A DNA stretch of 57,226 nt from Candidatus Woesearchaeota archaeon (lineage in GTDB: Archaea; Nanobdellota; Nanobdellia; Woesearchaeales; GW2011-AR9). This document shows, one piece after another, positions 1 to 9,841 of this stretch. The DNA lies in the NCBI GenBank assembly GCA_016181265.1, contig JACOZP010000009.1, positions 1-57,226 of the forward strand, written 5' to 3'. How positions within the stretch are numbered: the first letter of the stretch is position 1; the number at the start of each line of letters is the position of its first letter. The notes under the pieces are model-generated. The model was not told the origin of the DNA. It saw only the letters and a list, made by a program, of their open reading frames with translations, and searched no databases. A program made the position numbers and the translations under genes.

Positions 1-99
1 AACTATCAGTTTTCTGGAACAGCGACCGAGTCGCTTGTTTCTGACGCTGAGCTTTCCACTCGTGAACACACGAGGAGAAAGCTCAGCTTCTACAGAGCC
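1..99. repeat. Palindromic MITE/REP-like element, left end outside window
   Basis: Hairpins AACAGCGAC/GTCGCTTGTT and GCTGAGCTTT..CTCGTG/CACGAG..AAAGCTCAGC; ends in TTCTACAGAGCC (88-99), identical to the right end of the 26580-26698 element. Confidence 0.65.
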
Positions 100-144
100 T
101 GAAAATTCATAATCCTTATTAATCTCCTCCATCAAGAAGCACTA

Positions 145-798
145 ATGAATAAAAAAATAGTTATTGTCGGGGCGGGAGGACAGGGCAAAAATATTTCGCT
201 GCTTATCGAGCAGATTGGGGGATGGGATATTTTAGGATATGTTGACGATAACCCTCAGTTGAAAGGAAGTATGGTTCGGGGGTATCTAGTCCTGGGCTCT
301 TTTCAGGATGTTTTTAACTCATTGAACAATGTTGCTGTCGTTTTTGCTATTGGTAAAAGCGAAATTGTTAAAGAAAAAGTCTCCTTGTTGAAGTCTATGC
401 GGAAAGATTTATCATTCCCTAACATTATTCACCCCACTGTAAGTTTTAGTGCAAAAGATGTAGCCATCGGTGAAGGAAATGTTATTAATGCTAATGTGGT
501 CCTGACGACAGGAATTGCTCTGGGCAGTTTTAACTATTTTAATCGCTGTAGTAGTGTTAGTCATGATGTTTCAATAGGAAGTTTTTGTTTTATTCATGCG
601 GGTGTTCATCTTTCCGGAAATTGTGTAATCGGAGATAATGTCTGGCTCGGGGTCAATTCGACGCTCATCGAAGGACTGAAAATAGGCAGTGACGCAACTG
701 TTGGTGCAGGAGCGGTTGTTCTAAATGATGTGAGAGCCAGAGCGATTGTTGTAGGTAATCCCGCGAAGATTCTTCGTTTTAAAAACGAAGATAAATGA
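145..798 (+). CDS. NeuD/PglD-family sugar acetyltransferase (hexapeptide repeat)
   Basis: N-terminal VIVGAGGQG, IIHPT, SHD catalytic motif, left-handed beta-helix repeats, C-terminal VVGNPAK. Confidence 0.9.
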   Translation: MNKKIVIVGAGGQGKNISLLIEQIGGWDILGYVDDNPQLKGSMVRGYLVLGSFQDVFNSLNNVAVVFAIGKSEIVKEKVSLLKSMRKDLSFPNIIHPTVSFSAKDVAIGEGNVINANVVLTTGIALGSFNYFNRCSSVSHDVSIGSFCFIHAGVHLSGNCVIGDNVWLGVNSTLIEGLKIGSDATVGAGAVVLNDVRARAIVVGNPAKILRFKNEDK

Positions 799-804
799 AA
801 ACAA

Positions 805-1716
805 ATGAAAACCATAGTTACTGGTGTGTTGTATCGCGGTGTCGAGTCGTTTCTTCAGGATTATTTTGAGAGTATAGCAGGACAATCGACCAAGGAATTC
901 CAACTTTATCTCTTTAATAATCATCAAGATTCCTCTTTTAATCTCGAACGTTGGACATCATTTATCTCCGGTATTCATTTGACAGTTATTGATATCCCTG
1001 GCCGACCCGTGCCACCCCCTACTCTGCGTCAATATATGGTTGACATTCTCAGAACTCAAAGAGCTGATTTCCTCATTTTTACTGATACTGATGATTATTT
1101 TGACCAGAAAAGGTTTGAAATGACAATCAAAGCGTTACGGGAAAATGATATTGTTTTTAATGATTTAACTCCCTTTGATTCTGAGACGAAGCAACGAAAA
1201 TTATCTATTTTTTCTCAGAGACCGATCTCTACGATAACTTTTAAAGATATCCTTGATTATAATCTTCTGGGCTATTCTCATACGGGGATAAAAGCACGTT
1301 GTTTAGATAGAGCTCTTCCCTTACCAATGGATGCGGCGTCTAAAGTCACTGATTGGTTTTTCTTCGGCGGACTGCTTTCTCAGGGGTTACGGGCGACATT
1401 CGTTCCTGGGACAACTACGTATTATCGACAATATGCAGAGAATACTGCGGGGATTGTCGAGACTTTTGACGAGCAAAAAATTCGATCAGGTGTAAAAGTT
1501 AAGAAAAGTTATTATCAATATCTACTTCCCAATCTTGATCTAAAATCTGCTTTGTCGATCAGTACTCGTCTTCAGAAGATCAAACAGTTGGAGAAAGAGT
1601 TGTCCGATCCAGAGAAAATGAGAAAGTACCTAAAGCAGGTTAATGCGAAGGTACAACAGCAGAAGATGTATTGGTGGGAACAGATTGATTTTAGCTTTTT
1701 AGATGATGTACCCTAG
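805..1716 (+). CDS. Glycosyltransferase family 2-like (GT-A fold) protein
   Basis: FLQDYFESIAGQS, FTDTDD (DxD), TDW and YYRQY..N motifs; glycan-locus context. Confidence 0.7.
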   Translation: MKTIVTGVLYRGVESFLQDYFESIAGQSTKEFQLYLFNNHQDSSFNLERWTSFISGIHLTVIDIPGRPVPPPTLRQYMVDILRTQRADFLIFTDTDDYFDQKRFEMTIKALRENDIVFNDLTPFDSETKQRKLSIFSQRPISTITFKDILDYNLLGYSHTGIKARCLDRALPLPMDAASKVTDWFFFGGLLSQGLRATFVPGTTTYYRQYAENTAGIVETFDEQKIRSGVKVKKSYYQYLLPNLDLKSALSISTRLQKIKQLEKELSDPEKMRKYLKQVNAKVQQQKMYWWEQIDFSFLDDVP

Positions 1717-1757
1717 TTTAATTAACTTTATATAGGCTGGTTTCGCATACTATTTTA

Positions 1758-3338
1758 ATGACGAAACGCTACGCTCTTGTTGTGCAACTTCCCGAGATCA
1801 TTAAGGAAGGAGCAATGACTCTCACTAAAGAGATTATGCAAAAGTTTAATGTTCCTAATATCTGGTTCTATCCACCACATATTCCAATTAAGTATGGTTT
1901 TAACTTTGATGATGAGGAAAAGTTAAAGCGTATTGTGGGAGTATTCAATAAGACTCTTTCTGCTTTTCATGTAGAAATTGCAGGCTTACGGTCGGGGAGT
2001 AAGCTGTTCCATTTAGCAGTTACACCTAACTCAATGTTAAAAGAAGTGCAGCGACAGCTTCACGCTACCCTCAGAGAAAAACTCCCTCTGGAGGACTTTC
2101 GACTCGAGGAAAGTTCTGATAATTATGAGTTTCATTTCAGTTTAGCTGAGAGTACTGTTGATGAAAGAAAGGTTGAGGAAATACGTCGCTTTATTGAAAC
2201 CAAAAATATGCATTTCTCGTTTACGGCAAGAAGCATTGGTATTATGGTTAAAGAAGGAGATGCTTTTGTTGATTTGTCTTTGGAGGCAACTCCATCAAGT
2301 GTTTATCAAAGGCTAACTAATCCACAGAGGCCATTTATTATTGCTGAGATCGGTTCTAATCATAATGGTGATCTTGCTAAAGCGAAGCAGCTAATCGACG
2401 TTGCCGTAGAAGCGGGCTGCGATGCAGTAAAATTTCAGTCTTGGGATTATAATAGCCTTTTTTCACAAAGTGTGTTTGATGCACATAAAGACTTTACGGC
2501 GAAGGGAATTGATGTCGTTAGTCTGGAAGCTGTTCAAAAGAAATTGGCGTTGTCTAAAGAGGATCACGTCGAATTAAAGAACTATGCTGACAAAAAAGAG
2601 ATTCTATTTTTTTCTTATCCCTTGAGTACAAAGCATGTTGATTGGTTAGTTGAACTTGATGTTCCTTTTATTAAAGTTGGTTCTCCCGACTTACCTAATC
2701 TCCCCCTATTAAAGTATATTGCTCAACAGGGAAAACCAATTATTCTCTCTGTGGGGATGGGTATGCTCGCTGAAATTGAACGTGCCCTTGAAACTATTTA
2801 CTCGCAAGGCAACAAACAAGTAATCTTACTCCATTGTGTAGCCGTATACCCACCGAAGAATGAAGAGAATAATTTACGAAATATCCCTATGTTGAAAGCC
2901 GCATTTGATGTTCCCGTTGGTTTTTCGGATCACTCAACAAGTACGGCTATTCCTGCCGCTGCGATCGCTCTCGGAGCTACAGTGATTGAGAAACACATTA
3001 AATTAGACGATCATCATTGTCGGGACGAAGCAGTGTCTCTTACTCCCGCCGAGTTGAAAAGACTAGTGAAAGATGTCCGTGACGTAGCAGCATCGCTGGG
3101 AGCAAGTAAAAAGATTCTTTCCGAGGATGAGAAGAAAAGACGTGTCTCCACTTTCGGCCGAAGAAGTATTCTTACAAATAAAGTGATGACAGCAGGTGAA
3201 ATAGTCACTGAATCAAATGTTGTTTTCAAAAGACCAGGGACAGGAATTTCTGTAGATAAGCTGGAATTTGTTATTGGCAGGAAACTGAAGGCGGCTAAGG
3301 GACCCGAGGAAGTAATTATGTGGGATGATCTAGAGTAG
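1758..3338 (+). CDS. neuB: N-acetylneuraminate (nonulosonate) synthase with C-terminal SAF domain and N-terminal 2H-phosphoesterase-like domain
   Basis: From about aa 190: FIIAEIGSNHNGD, DAVKFQ, LLHCVAVYP, GFSDHS, IEKH, KRPGTGI. First ~175 aa carry two spaced His motifs (PPHIPI, FHFSLA) typical of 2H phosphoesterases. Confidence 0.88.
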   Translation: MTKRYALVVQLPEIIKEGAMTLTKEIMQKFNVPNIWFYPPHIPIKYGFNFDDEEKLKRIVGVFNKTLSAFHVEIAGLRSGSKLFHLAVTPNSMLKEVQRQLHATLREKLPLEDFRLEESSDNYEFHFSLAESTVDERKVEEIRRFIETKNMHFSFTARSIGIMVKEGDAFVDLSLEATPSSVYQRLTNPQRPFIIAEIGSNHNGDLAKAKQLIDVAVEAGCDAVKFQSWDYNSLFSQSVFDAHKDFTAKGIDVVSLEAVQKKLALSKEDHVELKNYADKKEILFFSYPLSTKHVDWLVELDVPFIKVGSPDLPNLPLLKYIAQQGKPIILSVGMGMLAEIERALETIYSQGNKQVILLHCVAVYPPKNEENNLRNIPMLKAAFDVPVGFSDHSTSTAIPAAAIALGATVIEKHIKLDDHHCRDEAVSLTPAELKRLVKDVRDVAASLGASKKILSEDEKKRRVSTFGRRSILTNKVMTAGEIVTESNVVFKRPGTGISVDKLEFVIGRKLKAAKGPEEVIMWDDLE

Positions 3339-3725
3339 GTCAATGATTTTTTTCTCCAGCTAAATTGCTTCTTATTTTTTCTGTAAGTGAGAAATCGGTA
3401 CTCTTCTTTGGTTTATGCAAGAAGACGTTATACCCTTTCTCATCAAATCGTGGGACGAGATGCCAGTGAACTTGTTTTACATTAAATAGGTTAAATATAC
3501 CTTTTCGATTTTAAACGTCTTTATTAACGCATTTCTCACTTCGTTCACTTTGTCCATTAAATATTCATAATCATTTTTGGAGAGCAGATGCAAGTCCTGC
3601 ACTGTTTTTTTCCACACAATTATGGTGTGTCCCTTAACGATGGGATAATTTGCCAGGCAAGCATACAATTTAGTATCCTCATAAATCATTGCTTCTTTTT
3701 GCGGTATTGGTAGTCTTTCATTCAT
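3330..3725 (-). pseudogene. HIT-family protein, frameshifted just before the histidine triad
   Basis: ORF 3725-3477 has the HIT N-terminus (YPIVKGHTIIVWK); the triad VKQVHWHLVPRFDEKG continues in a different frame from ~3480 to a TAG at 3330-3332. Confidence 0.75.
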
Positions 3726-3786
3726 GAAGAGAAATAAGTCTAGTAAGTATATAACATTTTAGAAAAAAATAATCTAAAGATTAAAA

Positions 3787-3859
3787 CGCGGAGTATTCCA
3801 CCACTCTTTTGAGTGGTGGTTTGCGAGCAAACCACTTATTTATTTGTGGAATACTTGCG
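3787..3859. repeat. Branched palindrome (outer stem enclosing two hairpins)
   Basis: Outer stem GAGTATTCCAC/GTGGAATACTT; inner hairpins CACCACTC-TTTT-GAGTGGTG and GTGGTTTGC-GA-GCAAACCAC. Confidence 0.6.
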
Positions 3860-4138
3860 GGTTCAAAATTAGGCATGGCCTATTTTGATAACTAAAATTT
3901 GTAAACATTAGCAGATACTTGATATCTTATTCCTGTAACATCAAACTCTGCAGGATCTCCCAATCCCTTTCTTTCCACTAAAAATAGTCTTGTTGATTCA
4001 TCTGCTTGATATCTATCGGCGGCTTTCCGAATTAAGCTTTCTTTAACTTCATCATTCTCCCTATCACCGGTTTTATAACACCAGTAAAATGGTTAAAATA
4101 CATTGTGAAATGGTGTTCTCAAAGATATATATCAAAAA

Positions 4139-4764
4139 CTAATTGGTTCTCTTCTTCATTAGAAATTCTGCAATATCAAAATCGATTTGGGTATCGATAT
4201 CAACTGATCATACACTGCTCCATTTGGGGAAAATACTTTTTGATAATCTGCTCTGTTTTTAAGGACAATCTCTCCCGTATTATAATTTTCAATTCTTCCA
4301 TCTGCTTTAATAATTCTTGCCCGTTCGATGGGGTGTTCGTATTCAACAACGCTGATCACTGAATCAGCACTTTTCTCCAGAAAGAGCGCGATAGCGTTGT
4401 CGATATCTTCAACGGTCCTCAAAGGAGATGTTGGCTGCAGCACAACAAATAGATCTGCTTTATAGCCTTCTTCTGTTTCCAGACGTTGTAACGTGTAGAT
4501 ATAATTATCAACGGCCAATGCGGTGTCGGTAGCCAATTCGACGGGCCGCATAAAAGGGATTTCAGCTCCATATTCCCGGCCAACAGCTGCGATCTGCACA
4601 TCGTCTGTGGAAAGAATGATTCTGGTGATATATTTTGATTTCTTTGCTTCTTCAATAGCATAAGCAATTAATGGTTTCCCTAAAAGAATTTTAATATTCT
4701 TGCCAGGGAGGCCTTTCGATCCTCCTCGTGCAGGGATGATGGCGATGATGTTTTTTTCTTTCAT
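4139..4764 (-). pseudogene. neuA: Acylneuraminate cytidylyltransferase (CMP-nonulosonate synthetase) with internal deletion and frameshift
   Basis: IIPARGGSKGLPGKN, STD, RP..LA, LQPTSPLR and NGAVY in frame; conserved SVDIDTQIDFDIAEFLM follows immediately in another frame, and the segment normally between these motifs is missing. Confidence 0.8.
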
Positions 4765-4782
4765 CTTTGGCTTCGATTTTTT

Positions 4783-5925
4783 CTATTTTCTCTGGGTGGA
4801 GAACAATTCCTCCACAACGTCAGCAAGACGTTTTCCGGCTTCTCCATCGACTGCGAATCTCTTTCGATTTGTACGGAGAATATTACTTTCTAAGTCGATT
4901 GGGGAACAGCAGAGTCGGACGAGTTCAGGGATTTCATTCCAATGTTGAGTATAAGGAATGGCTCTTCTGTCAACGGCAGGAAAAGGGTGGATTTCGTCGA
5001 TACCTGGTAGAAGAGCTCCTGTGTTTCTGTCTAAAAGACAAGCCTCGGTGAGTACCGTACTTCTACTTGCAAGGATAGAAGTAGAAGCAAGCATAAGTTC
5101 TTCTGCTGAACCGGCTTGTGGTGGCGAATATACGAAATCATGGTGGTTAACGAGTTTTTCCGTCTCTCCCATTTCCCGCGGGTGAGGTTTTACTACTAAG
5201 CGTAGACCTAAATCAGAGGCTGCTTCAAAAACTGCTGTGGTTATCGCCAGCTCGTAGCCGAGCCAAGCAGGGTCCCTACTTAAATTAACATTTGTCGAGA
5301 AATAACTATAAATTGTTTCGGGTAGGATTACTCCTTCTCTTCTCATAGCAGTTAAGTATGCTTCTCTTTTACGATTATCGTATGAATCTTTTTTAAGTTG
5401 AAGCTCATCGAATGCCGTCCAACCGACAATTCTCGTTCTGGCAGCTACTTTTTGGCCTACGTCATCTCCTAATTCATTTACCAACGTTTCGCGACATTGC
5501 TCATCCATGATGGCTAAGACTGTGGGGTAGTCTTCAATCCCACTACCAAAGAGATGCGCATAGTTCCCGTCTCTTGTGTTTACAGAGATGGAGGGAATAT
5601 TTTTTTGATTTGCTGCATTTACAAAATAGCGATCTGATGTACCTTCTCCAGAAGCACCAGTGATCACGCAGTCAAAACCACTTACTAATCTGTTGATGTC
5701 TTCTGGAGACGGTTGGACAAGATTATATTTCAGATCTCCAAATCCTTTTGCCTCACTTTCATTTCCAGTGGCGTATATTGTCACAGCGTGGCTGCGAGCT
5801 TGTAGTTCATGGATACCTGTCCTCAGAGATTTTCCTGCTAGAGTTTCTTTAGCAGTAGCAAGTATATTCATATAAGGAAATGCTTTTAATTGATTTATAT
5901 AACTTATGGAATAAAGTATTTTCAT
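4783..5925 (-). CDS. GT-B fold protein (nonulosonate transferase / CDP-glycerol glycerophosphotransferase-like)
   Basis: VKPHPRE and ST...EA motifs; paralog of 14629-15639; upstream of neuA on the same strand. Confidence 0.55.
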   Translation of the reverse strand: MKILYSISYINQLKAFPYMNILATAKETLAGKSLRTGIHELQARSHAVTIYATGNESEAKGFGDLKYNLVQPSPEDINRLVSGFDCVITGASGEGTSDRYFVNAANQKNIPSISVNTRDGNYAHLFGSGIEDYPTVLAIMDEQCRETLVNELGDDVGQKVAARTRIVGWTAFDELQLKKDSYDNRKREAYLTAMRREGVILPETIYSYFSTNVNLSRDPAWLGYELAITTAVFEAASDLGLRLVVKPHPREMGETEKLVNHHDFVYSPPQAGSAEELMLASTSILASRSTVLTEACLLDRNTGALLPGIDEIHPFPAVDRRAIPYTQHWNEIPELVRLCCSPIDLESNILRTNRKRFAVDGEAGKRLADVVEELFSTQRK

Positions 5926-5966
5926 TCATAAACTTAATAAGAGGAACGCTATAACCTGTGTTACCC

Positions 5967-7085
5967 ATGAGATATTGTGTAAAATGCGTTCAGCCTGATA
6001 CTCGACCAGGAATTAAATTTAATGACGAAGGAGTTTGTCCCGCATGTGTCTACGCTGAAAATATGAAATCCATAGACTGGACAGAGCGAAAGAAAGAATT
6101 AATGAAACTTGTTGAAGAGCATAAGAAACATAACAAGCTTCTTCAATATGATTGTATCATCGGAGTCAGTGGCGGAAAAGATAGTACGAGGCAGGCGCTT
6201 TATGTGAAAGAGGTATTAGGATTGAAACCTCTGCTAGTTTGTTGTACTTATCCTCCAGAGCAGCAGACAGAGCGCGGAGCTTATAACTTGGGGAATCTGA
6301 TATCTCAGGGTTTTGATACGATTTCAGTTAGTCCTAGCCCCCACATTTGGAAACGTTTAATGAGACAAGGATTTTTAAAATATGGGAACTGGGCGCGCTC
6401 GACAGAGATGGCTCTTTTTGCCAGCGTTCCTCGGGTAGCGATTGCCTATCACATTCCACTCATTTTCTGGGGTGAAAATCCAGCAACACAATTCGGAAAT
6501 CTCGGAGTCGGATCACTTAATTGGAATGGTAACTTAATGAGGAATAGCAATACTATCTCCGGCGGTCCGGATGTTCTTCTAGAGCAAGACATGCATGAGA
6601 ATGATATTATCTGGTACCGCTACCCTTCTCTTACAGAAATGGAACAAGCTAATTTACAGATTGTTTACCTTGGCTATTTTTGGAAAGATTGGAGCAAGTT
6701 AAATAACGGAAATTTTTCAATAGCACATGGTTTAGAGATACGAGACGATCCTCCGGAAAATCAAGGTGCACTAAATCCTTTTGATGCTCTTGATGATGAT
6801 TTTGTTGTTGTTAACCAAATGATAAAACATATTAAGTACGGTTTTGGCAAGGTGACAGATGAAGTTTGTGAACAGATTCGGGTTGGAACATTAACTCGCG
6901 CGGAGGGGGTTGAGCTTGTTAAAAAGTATGATGGGAGATGTGCTTCCTCATATATTCAACGCTTTTGTAAATACATTGACATTTCTGGAGATACTTTCTG
7001 GGAAGTTGTGGAATCTTTCCGTAATCAAGATGTTTGGACAAAGGATCCAGTCGCGGGGTGGAAATTAAAGTGTCCTCTCAAATAG
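5967..7085 (+). CDS. N-acetyl sugar amidotransferase (WbuX/PseA/AglX family), copy 1
   Basis: YCVKCVQPDTRP, CPAC, PP-loop YDCIIGVSGGKDS, KYGFG. Alternative GTG start at 5958. Confidence 0.9.
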   Translation: MRYCVKCVQPDTRPGIKFNDEGVCPACVYAENMKSIDWTERKKELMKLVEEHKKHNKLLQYDCIIGVSGGKDSTRQALYVKEVLGLKPLLVCCTYPPEQQTERGAYNLGNLISQGFDTISVSPSPHIWKRLMRQGFLKYGNWARSTEMALFASVPRVAIAYHIPLIFWGENPATQFGNLGVGSLNWNGNLMRNSNTISGGPDVLLEQDMHENDIIWYRYPSLTEMEQANLQIVYLGYFWKDWSKLNNGNFSIAHGLEIRDDPPENQGALNPFDALDDDFVVVNQMIKHIKYGFGKVTDEVCEQIRVGTLTRAEGVELVKKYDGRCASSYIQRFCKYIDISGDTFWEVVESFRNQDVWTKDPVAGWKLKCPLK

Positions 7086-7735
7086 ATGTAGTCGTGATTG
7101 ATTATGGTGTTGGTAATATCCTTTCCATAACTAATGCTCTCACGACTCTTGGTTATGATTTTGTTGTTTCTAATAAAAAGGAAGATATTACCCGCGCTCA
7201 GGCTTTAATTCTACCGGGAGTGGGAGCATTTAACGAGGCAATGCAAAATCTTCAGCAGTTGAATTTAATCGAACTCTTACGAGAAGAAGTACTGCTTAAA
7301 GAGAAGCCATTATTAGGAATATGCTTAGGAATGCAGGTTCTCGCAGAAGAATCTGAAGAAAATGGAATTCACCGTGGTCTCGGTTTAATCCCCGGGCGGG
7401 TTATTAAACTTGAAGGTGATGATGTTGTTCGTATTCCTCATGTTGGGTGGAATGACGTTGTAGCTTGGAAGAATTCTCCTTTGTTTTTAAATATGGAAAG
7501 AAGTCCCCATTTCTATTTTGATCATAGTTACCACTTTATTTGTGACCGGACTATCGTGGCGGGAACGACGTTGCATGGTCAAGAAATTGTTGCTGCCGTA
7601 CAGAAAGGAAATATCTTTGGGGTTCAGTTTCACCCGGAGAAGAGTCAAAATAACGGTTTGCGCCTCTACCGAAATTTTTTTAATTACATTAAAAATTATC
7701 ATCCTCAACATGTTAAAGAAACGAATCATAGCTAA
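7070..7735 (+). CDS. HisH-like glutamine amidotransferase of glycan acetamidino cassette (WbuY/AglY-like)
   Basis: IDYGVGN, LPGVGAF, GICLGMQ, PHVGWN, QFHPEKS. GTG start at 7070 preferred (GGGGTG upstream). Confidence 0.88.
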   Translation: MSSQIDVVVIDYGVGNILSITNALTTLGYDFVVSNKKEDITRAQALILPGVGAFNEAMQNLQQLNLIELLREEVLLKEKPLLGICLGMQVLAEESEENGIHRGLGLIPGRVIKLEGDDVVRIPHVGWNDVVAWKNSPLFLNMERSPHFYFDHSYHFICDRTIVAGTTLHGQEIVAAVQKGNIFGVQFHPEKSQNNGLRLYRNFFNYIKNYHPQHVKETNHS

Positions 7736-8582
7736 TTTGGTTGTCAGAGATGGCATCGTTGTACAAAGCATCGGATTTGAGAGATATCTCCCCGTAGGGA
7801 AACCCGAAGTAGCAGTTGAATTCCTTAATGCTTGGGGTATTGATGAGATTATCATCGCAGATATCAATGCGGGTATAGAAAGGCGTATCCCTGATTTACA
7901 AATGATCTCTTCTATTTCAAAAAAATGCTTTGTTCCGGTAACAGTTGCAGGGGGTATAAAATCCATTGAGATGATGAGGGAATTAATTCGCTGTGGAGCA
8001 GATAAAATTGCAATTAACACTGCTGCTGTCGAACATCCCTCTTTAATTTCTGAGGGTGCAGAAGTATTTGGGTCACAGTGTATTGTTGTTTCTATTGATG
8101 TTCGTAAGAACAGTGAGGGGAAGTATGAAGTCTTTTCGCGGGGAGGAAGAAGACCCACAGGGCTTAACCCCGTTGAGTTTGCCCAGACCTGTGAGCAGCT
8201 CGGTGCGGGCGAAATAATCATCAATTCTATTGACCGCGATGGATCCAGAAAAGGATACGACCTCTCTCTCGTTGCCTCTGTCTCTGATGCAGTCTCTATT
8301 CCAGTTATCGCTCTGGGGGGAGCAGGCCATCCTCGTCATTTTGTTGACGCTCTTACTACTGGAAAAGCAACCGCTGCGGCTGCAGGAAATTTTTTCCACT
8401 TCTGTGAACAGAGTGTTGTCCTAACCAAGGAATTCTTAACCCGCAATCAAGTTAATGTCCGGCACGATACTTATGCCCAATACGCTGATTTTCTCTTTGA
8501 TGGTGGAGGAAGAATTCAGCGAAGATCCGATGATGAATTACAGGGTCTTCGTTTTAAATTTCTTCCGAAGGAGTCCATATGA
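7710..8582 (+). CDS. HisF-like cyclase paralog of glycan acetamidino cassette (WbuZ/AglZ-like)
   Basis: MLKKRII, GGI, GADK..NT, FGSQCIVVSID, SIDRDG..GYD, GGAG motifs; start taken at ATG 7710. Confidence 0.88.
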   Translation: MLKKRIIANLVVRDGIVVQSIGFERYLPVGKPEVAVEFLNAWGIDEIIIADINAGIERRIPDLQMISSISKKCFVPVTVAGGIKSIEMMRELIRCGADKIAINTAAVEHPSLISEGAEVFGSQCIVVSIDVRKNSEGKYEVFSRGGRRPTGLNPVEFAQTCEQLGAGEIIINSIDRDGSRKGYDLSLVASVSDAVSIPVIALGGAGHPRHFVDALTTGKATAAAAGNFFHFCEQSVVLTKEFLTRNQVNVRHDTYAQYADFLFDGGGRIQRRSDDELQGLRFKFLPKESI

Positions 8583-9835
8583 AATATTGCCAACGTTGCC
8601 TTTATCCTGTAAATCACCCACTGCGCTTGACTTTTGATGAAGAAGGGGTATGTAGTGGCTGTCGTGTTCACGAGGAGAAAGATAACGGAATTTTCTGGGA
8701 TACCCAGAGAAAGCGTTTGGGGGAAATCCTCTCTGCTTTTAAGAGTACCTCTCAGAGCCAATACGATTGTATCATTCCGGTAAGTGGTTCCCGTGATTCT
8801 TACTTTATCGTTCATTTAATCAAGAAGGTATTTGGAATGAAGCCACTTCTTGTTACCTATAACAAACAGTACAATACTGACATTGGGATTCGTAATCTCG
8901 CATATCTTAGAACTCTTTTTGATTGCGATCTTTTGACAATGACGGTTAGTCCGGAAACTGTAAAGAGAATAACTCGAGTTACTCTTCAGAAGATGGGCAG
9001 TATTTACTGGCATTGTCTTGCTGGTCAAACTGTTTTTCCTGTTCAAGTTGCTGTGCGTTTTAAGATCCCCCTCATCATTTGGGGGGCGCATCAAGGAGTT
9101 GATCAAGTAGGAATGTTCTCTCATCTTGACGAAGTGGAAATGACCAGGAAATATAGAAAAGAACATGACTTAATGGGATTCGAAGCTGAGGATTTAATTG
9201 ATGAGGCGATGGGGTTAACAGCGAGTGACTTGTCTCCCTACTTCTACCCTCATGATAAAGAAATCGAGATGGTCGGTGTTCGAGGAATTTATTTAAATAA
9301 TTATATCCGCTGGGATTCCAAGAGACAGCATGAAGAGATGATCAAACTCTATGGGTATGAAACAACCCCCCAGCAGAGAACATTTGATACCTATAATGAT
9401 GTTGATTGTTATACTTATTCGGATGTTCATGATTATATCAAATTTTTAAAGTATGGTTTTGGCAAGGCGACTGACCATGCCTGTCGGGAGATTAGATTGG
9501 GACGAATGAGTCGGGAAGAAGGGATAGAAGTAGTAAAACAGTACGAGGATAAAAAGCCAAAATATCTCCCCCTTTTTTTGGAATGGTTAGGGATCACAGA
9601 GAAAGGCTTTTATTATTTTATTAACCGTCATCGTGATCCTACAATCTGGCTGAAAATGGATGGCGGTCTCTGGCAGCTGAAAGACTCGATTATCAACTAT
9701 AAAGAAGATAGCAACGTTAATCAAGTTCGTTTACCTGTGAGAGAAAAATGTACATTTCAATGTACTCCGCTAAGAGCGACTTCGTTAGGGGATAAGTACA
9801 TTCTTATCGGGCGCGGTTTTGTTGATTCTAAATAA
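8579..9835 (+). CDS. N-acetyl sugar amidotransferase (WbuX/PseA family), copy 2
   Basis: YCQRCLYP, CSGC, YDCIIPVSGSRDS, KYGFGKATDHACREIR. Confidence 0.9.
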   Translation: MKYCQRCLYPVNHPLRLTFDEEGVCSGCRVHEEKDNGIFWDTQRKRLGEILSAFKSTSQSQYDCIIPVSGSRDSYFIVHLIKKVFGMKPLLVTYNKQYNTDIGIRNLAYLRTLFDCDLLTMTVSPETVKRITRVTLQKMGSIYWHCLAGQTVFPVQVAVRFKIPLIIWGAHQGVDQVGMFSHLDEVEMTRKYRKEHDLMGFEAEDLIDEAMGLTASDLSPYFYPHDKEIEMVGVRGIYLNNYIRWDSKRQHEEMIKLYGYETTPQQRTFDTYNDVDCYTYSDVHDYIKFLKYGFGKATDHACREIRLGRMSREEGIEVVKQYEDKKPKYLPLFLEWLGITEKGFYYFINRHRDPTIWLKMDGGLWQLKDSIINYKEDSNVNQVRLPVREKCTFQCTPLRATSLGDKYILIGRGFVDSK

Positions 9836-9841
9836 GAATGC

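Noticed and set aside
3470-3500. Programmed -1 frameshift in the HIT gene
   Set aside because: No canonical slippery heptamer or downstream structure, and residues appear to be missing; mutation or assembly error is simpler
3892-4092. Open minus-strand frame (YWCYKTGDREND...YKF)
   Set aside because: No start codon and no recognisable motif; probably a gene remnant, so not called as a CDS
7070-8582. Histidine biosynthesis genes hisH/hisF
   Set aside because: They are flanked by two N-acetyl sugar amidotransferases with no other his genes nearby, so they are the glycan-modification paralogs
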